Part shown: piece by piece, positions 62,752 to 64,000 of the stretch
Numbering within the stretch: position 1 is the first letter of the stretch
How the letters are laid out: every line of letters starts with the position of its first letter
DNA from: Candidatus Moraniibacteriota bacterium
Lineage (GTDB): Bacteria > Patescibacteriota > Minisyncoccia > Moranbacterales > GWC2-37-73
Length of the DNA: 64,000 bases
Assembly (NCBI GenBank): GCA_035390125.1
Contig: DAOOTD010000002.1
Location: forward strand, 169,908-233,907
Direction: 5' to 3'
Made by a program: the position numbers and the translations under genes
The notes under the pieces: model-generated
The model's input: only the letters and a program-made list of their open reading frames with translations
The model's database searches: none
What the model was told of the DNA's origin: nothing

Positions 62752-63210
62752 ATGAAAACCAATATAGAGGTGAATAATATTACGAGCAATTTTGTTCAGA
62801 TAAGTTTTATAAAATCTGTAGTGAAAAAAACTTTTAGTAGCTTGAATTATGGTTTCCTAAAAAACAAAAATATTATAATAAGTATAGCCATAGTTACGCC
62901 TAAAGAAATAAGAAAATTAAATAAGAAGTATAGGAAACGGGATGAAGTGACTGATATTTTGTCTTTTTCTGAATATAAAAACATAGAAAAAATAAAAAGA
63001 ACCATAAAGGAAAAATCAGACGCAGAGCTATTTTTAGGTGAATTAATTTTGTGCTATGATTATATAAGGAAATATGTTCGTATGAATAATCTAAATTTAA
63101 ATATGGAATTATCCGATGTTTTATCGCATGGGATATTGCATATTTTAGGCTTTAGACATGGAATAAAAATGTTTACTATACAAAATAAAATTAAAGATAA
63201 TTTTAAATAA
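62752..63210 (+). CDS. ybeY: Endoribonuclease YbeY
   Basis: 'LNKKYR..D..TDILSF', 'HGILHILGFRH'. Confidence 0.92.
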   Translation: MKTNIEVNNITSNFVQISFIKSVVKKTFSSLNYGFLKNKNIIISIAIVTPKEIRKLNKKYRKRDEVTDILSFSEYKNIEKIKRTIKEKSDAELFLGELILCYDYIRKYVRMNNLNLNMELSDVLSHGILHILGFRHGIKMFTIQNKIKDNFK

Positions 63211-63228
63211 TAAAAAATAAAAAATATT

Positions 63229-63600
63229 ATGGAAGAGTGGAATAGGTTCAAAAAAAGCATGAAGCATGCCTTAGATGGATTATTTTACGCTGCTAAAAAA
63301 GAAAAAAATTTCCGTATAGAAATTATGGTAGCAGTTTTTGTAATGATCCTCATGTTTGCTCTCAATTTAAAGAGCTGGGAAATTATAGTGCTAATTTTAA
63401 TGATTATGTGGGTTCTTGTTTTGGAATTAGTAAATACGGTTTTTGAGCGCGTAGTCGACATCTTAAAACCAAGAATCCATCCGTATGCGCGTCTTATAAA
63501 AGATCTCATGGCAGCGGTGGTGCTTATATCTTCCATAGTTTCAGTAGTCATTGGTGTAATAATTTTTTATCCTTATTTTAGCAATTTATTTTTTTCATAA
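63229..63600 (+). CDS. dgkA: Prokaryotic diacylglycerol/undecaprenol kinase
   Basis: 'EKNFR', 'ELVNT.FERVVD', 'IKDLMAAVV'; follows ybeY. Confidence 0.9.
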   Translation: MEEWNRFKKSMKHALDGLFYAAKKEKNFRIEIMVAVFVMILMFALNLKSWEIIVLILMIMWVLVLELVNTVFERVVDILKPRIHPYARLIKDLMAAVVLISSIVSVVIGVIIFYPYFSNLFFS

Positions 63601-63729
63601 ACATGGCCAAGCTATTATTTGCTTTGCAATAAAGGTAATATTTATATATAATGAATCGCAGGGCAATATTAATATTAATAAAAGAATATTGTCGCTTAAG
63701 CTGTAAAATTACTATTTAGCTTAAAAATT

Positions 63730-64000
63730 ATGTCCAGAGATAGAAATTCTATTATTGTAGGCATTGATATAGGTTCATCTAATATTCGAACTATTATATC
63801 CCAGCAATTAAAAGGAGAGGATCAGCTTCGTATTATTGGTGTTGGTTCAATCCCTTCTCTGGGTATGAGGAAAGGAGTCATTATTGATCCAGATGATGTT
63901 GCGAAATCAATAAATGAGTCAGTAGAAATGGCCCAAAATATGGCAGGAATTAAAATTAGAAAAGCTATTGTAAACATCGGAGGCTGTGACATTGAATTTC
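63730..64000 (+). CDS. ftsA: Cell division protein FtsA, N-terminal part (3' truncated by window)
   Basis: Manual translation MSRDRNSIIVGIDIGSSNIR...IIGVGSIPSLGMRKGVIID...AQNMAG. Confidence 0.88.
   Translation, partial: MSRDRNSIIVGIDIGSSNIRTIISQQLKGEDQLRIIGVGSIPSLGMRKGVIIDPDDVAKSINESVEMAQNMAGIKIRKAIVNIGGCDIEF

Overview
Low-GC bacterial chromosomal segment. Gene content and style suggest a Patescibacteria/CPR (Parcubacteria-like) genome, which is an inference from Lys-rich leaders on RpoD and HisS, a short AtpH, a Rel lacking its ACT domain and tRNAs without encoded CCA. Most of the window is housekeeping: ruvA end, femAB-like, murE, lemA-htpX, pyk, dnaG-rpoD, murJ, mscL, an ECF sigma/MacAB-type operon, rarA, dus, obgE, metG, tatD, the F1Fo atp operon, parAB, rel, topA-dprA-pth, lepB, hisS, rpsU, ybeY, dgkA, ftsA start and three tRNAs (Ser-GGA, Asn-GTT, Leu-CAA). 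The main discovery is a ~7.4 kb integrated element at the 3' end of tRNA-Asn (about 12156-19545). It carries a rolling-circle-type Rep, an excisionase-like HTH, a beta-class methyltransferase, an AlwI/MlyI-family endonuclease, an unknown Cys/His protein and a large serine recombinase whose gene appears to be split by its own attachment site. Joining the two GGAGC cores in silico replaces the integrated C-terminus (WLRR*) with an in-frame 27-aa tail (WL-PLANMFRNLNLGRLMQEMELLPAFAEL*) encoded at the far end of the island. Other oddities are a NYN nuclease paired with a region-4.2-less sigma factor, twin gene cassettes sharing a covarying terminator repeat, and several promoter-leader-terminator elements. 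No CRISPR array or rRNA was seen.
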